Source of the DNA: Candidatus Merdivicinus faecavium
GTDB taxonomy: Bacteria; Bacillota; Clostridia; Oscillospirales; Ruminococcaceae
DNA: 64,000 nt
Assembly: GCA_018716285.1 (NCBI GenBank)
Contig: DVKD01000025.1
Coordinates: 42,000-105,999, forward strand
Direction: 5' to 3'
Of this stretch, positions 62,621-64,000 are shown piece after piece; the stretch's first letter is position 1; each line of letters starts with the position of its first letter. The notes beneath the pieces were generated by a model. That model was not told the DNA's origin, did no database searches, and worked only from the letters and a program-made list of their open reading frames with translations. The position numbers were made by a program, and so were the translations under genes.

Positions 62621-63694
62621 TCAGTCACCCTTTCTGGTAATGTCAAGCAGCGCGGCGGCGAAGGCTGCGTTTTCTTCCCGGGTGCGGACGGCGATGCGGT
62701 TGTAACGCCCGTCCAATCCGGGGTAGTTGCCGCAGGAGCGGATGAGGAAGCCGCGCCGGAGCAGTTTTTCGGGGAGATGCTCATCCGGCCAGCGGAAGAA
62801 GAGGTAGTTTGCTTCGGAGGGGAAGACCTCCGCCCCGCATTGCCGCAGCGCGTTTGCGAGCAAGGGGCGCTCTTTTGCGAGAAAGGCGCGGGTGCGGGCG
62901 GGGTAGTCCGGGATGCCGAGGGCGGCAAGCCCCGCGGCCTGGGCCGGTGTGGAGACGCTCCACGCCTGGCCGCTGTGCGAAACCTGCTCCGCAACCGCGT
63001 CCGACCCGCAGAGGAGGTAGCCGAGCCGCAGCCCGGCCATCGCGTACATTTTGGTGAAGGCCTTGAGGACGAGGAGGTTCTCAAATTCCGCCAGCAGCGG
63101 GACAGCGGTTTTTTCCTCCCCGCCCTCGATAAAGTCGAGGAAGCATTCGTCGACAAGCAGCAGCGCCCCCGCCGCGCGGCATTTTTCCGCCAGCGCCCGG
63201 ACATAACCGCGCGGGGCCGAGATGCCGGTGGGGTTATTGGGGTTGCAGAAGAAGACGACGCCCGTCCCCGCTCCGACGGCGCGCGGCAGTTCCTCCCCGG
63301 GCCGGAAATCGGGCGGGAGGGGGGCATATTGGACCTTAGCCCCGGCGTTTTGCAGGGCGAGGGCGTACTCCGCGAAGGAGGGCGCCTGTACAAGCCCGCT
63401 TGCCGGTTTCACCGCCCAGACCAGCCGGTAGAGAAGGTCCGCCGCCCCATTGCCGCAGACAATCCGCCCGGCGGGGATGCCGTACTGCGCCGCGAGCGCC
63501 GCCCGCAGCTCCCGGCAGAGCGGGTCGGGGTAGGCTTCGCTCGCCGAAACGGCTGATACAGCCGCCTCCCGGACAGCCGGCGGCATCCCCAGCGGGTTCA
63601 AATTCGCGGAGAAATCACAGAGCCGGACCCCGAGCGGCAGGCCGCGGTCGGTGTAGATATCCCCGCCGTGGACGAGGGCATTCTCACAGGACAA
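62621..63694 (-). CDS. cobD: L-threonine-O-3-phosphate decarboxylase (aminotransferase class I/II fold)
   Basis: HGGDIY...[13 protein letters not shown]-terminus, [26 protein letters not shown] (PLP lysine). Confidence 0.85.
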   Translation of the reverse strand: MSCENALVHGGDIYTDRGLPLGVRLCDFSANLNPLGMPPAVREAAVSAVSASEAYPDPLCRELRAALAAQYGIPAGRIVCGNGAADLLYRLVWAVKPASGLVQAPSFAEYALALQNAGAKVQYAPLPPDFRPGEELPRAVGAGTGVVFFCNPNNPTGISAPRGYVRALAEKCRAAGALLLVDECFLDFIEGGEEKTAVPLLAEFENLLVLKAFTKMYAMAGLRLGYLLCGSDAVAEQVSHSGQAWSVSTPAQAAGLAALGIPDYPARTRAFLAKERPLLANALRQCGAEVFPSEANYLFFRWPDEHLPEKLLRRGFLIRSCGNYPGLDGRYNRIAVRTREENAAFAAALLDITRKGD

Positions 63695-64000
63695 GGAGCG
63701 CCACCCCCAGCCGGATCAGCCCGAAGATCAAGAGGGCCAGCACCGTCGTCCCGTACATCAGCCGGTTCGCGCGGCGGATGTCGGCGCGCTCGACCGGCCG
63801 GAGCGGGTCGCCGATGGTCGGCTTCTCGACCAGCTTGCCGAAATACCAGGCGTTCCCCGCCAGCTGCACCCGCAGCGCGCCCGCGCAGACCGATTCAGTC
63901 CGGGCGCTGTTGGGGCTCGCGTGCTTTTTGTGGTCGCGCTTGTAGATGCGGGCGGCGTTTTTGGCGTCAAAGCCCAGCAGCGCGCTCGCCGCGATCATCA
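63684..64000 (-). CDS. cbiB: Adenosylcobinamide-phosphate synthase CbiB, C-terminal part (N-terminus beyond the window)
   Basis: KRDHKKHASPNSARTESVCAGALRVQLAGNAWYFGKLVEKPTIGD is the conserved CbiB/CobD C-terminal block. The frame is open to the window edge. Confidence 0.85.
   Translation of the reverse strand, partial: MIAASALLGFDAKNAARIYKRDHKKHASPNSARTESVCAGALRVQLAGNAWYFGKLVEKPTIGDPLRPVERADIRRANRLMYGTTVLALLIFGLIRLGVALLVL

Overview
High-G+C (by eye above 60%) Firmicutes/Clostridia-type chromosomal segment. It is densely coded on both strands, and I found no transposase, integrase, rRNA or CRISPR array. The taxon is an inference from gene content and promoter style.

Recognisable housekeeping genes:
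- asnS, rpsO-pnp, nadB, trxA, nagA, apgM, glmM
- mltG followed by a U32 (TrhP-like) gene
- 5-formyl-THF cyclo-ligase
- three stand-alone tRNA genes (Arg-CCG, Pro-GGG, Thr-GGT)
- the end of a cobalamin lower-pathway operon (cbiB-cobD-cobQ-cobO)

Transport is heavily represented:
- three MATE pumps
- two FtsX/MacB-type systems
- a BCCT carrier
- split ChrA and split TauE pairs
- a FecCD/BtuF-type importer

Most unusual items:
1. A tightly translationally coupled operon at 1-6790. It encodes a HydE-like radical SAM enzyme and nitrogenase-like NifH/NifD/NifK-type proteins, followed by a chelate-type ABC importer. It sits behind a roughly 235-nt structured leader with an intrinsic terminator.
2. 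A low-G+C islet at 25.5-27.2 kb. It encodes a signal-peptide-bearing cysteine-rich protein plus two tandem paralogous lipoproteins.
3. A ThyX-fold protein that has lost the RHR/S/R catalytic signature. It is translationally coupled to a Tmk-like kinase and followed by a soluble DUF2156 (MprF C-terminal-like) protein and a GNAT protein.
4. A surface-anchored DUF4430 plus prenyltransferase-repeat protein, a permuted transcobalamin-like architecture.
5. A two-gene cysteine-rich module, possibly spore-coat proteins.
6. A wHTH-LicC-LicA triple fusion next to a BCCT transporter.

All functional calls rest on motif recognition by eye. No database search was run.
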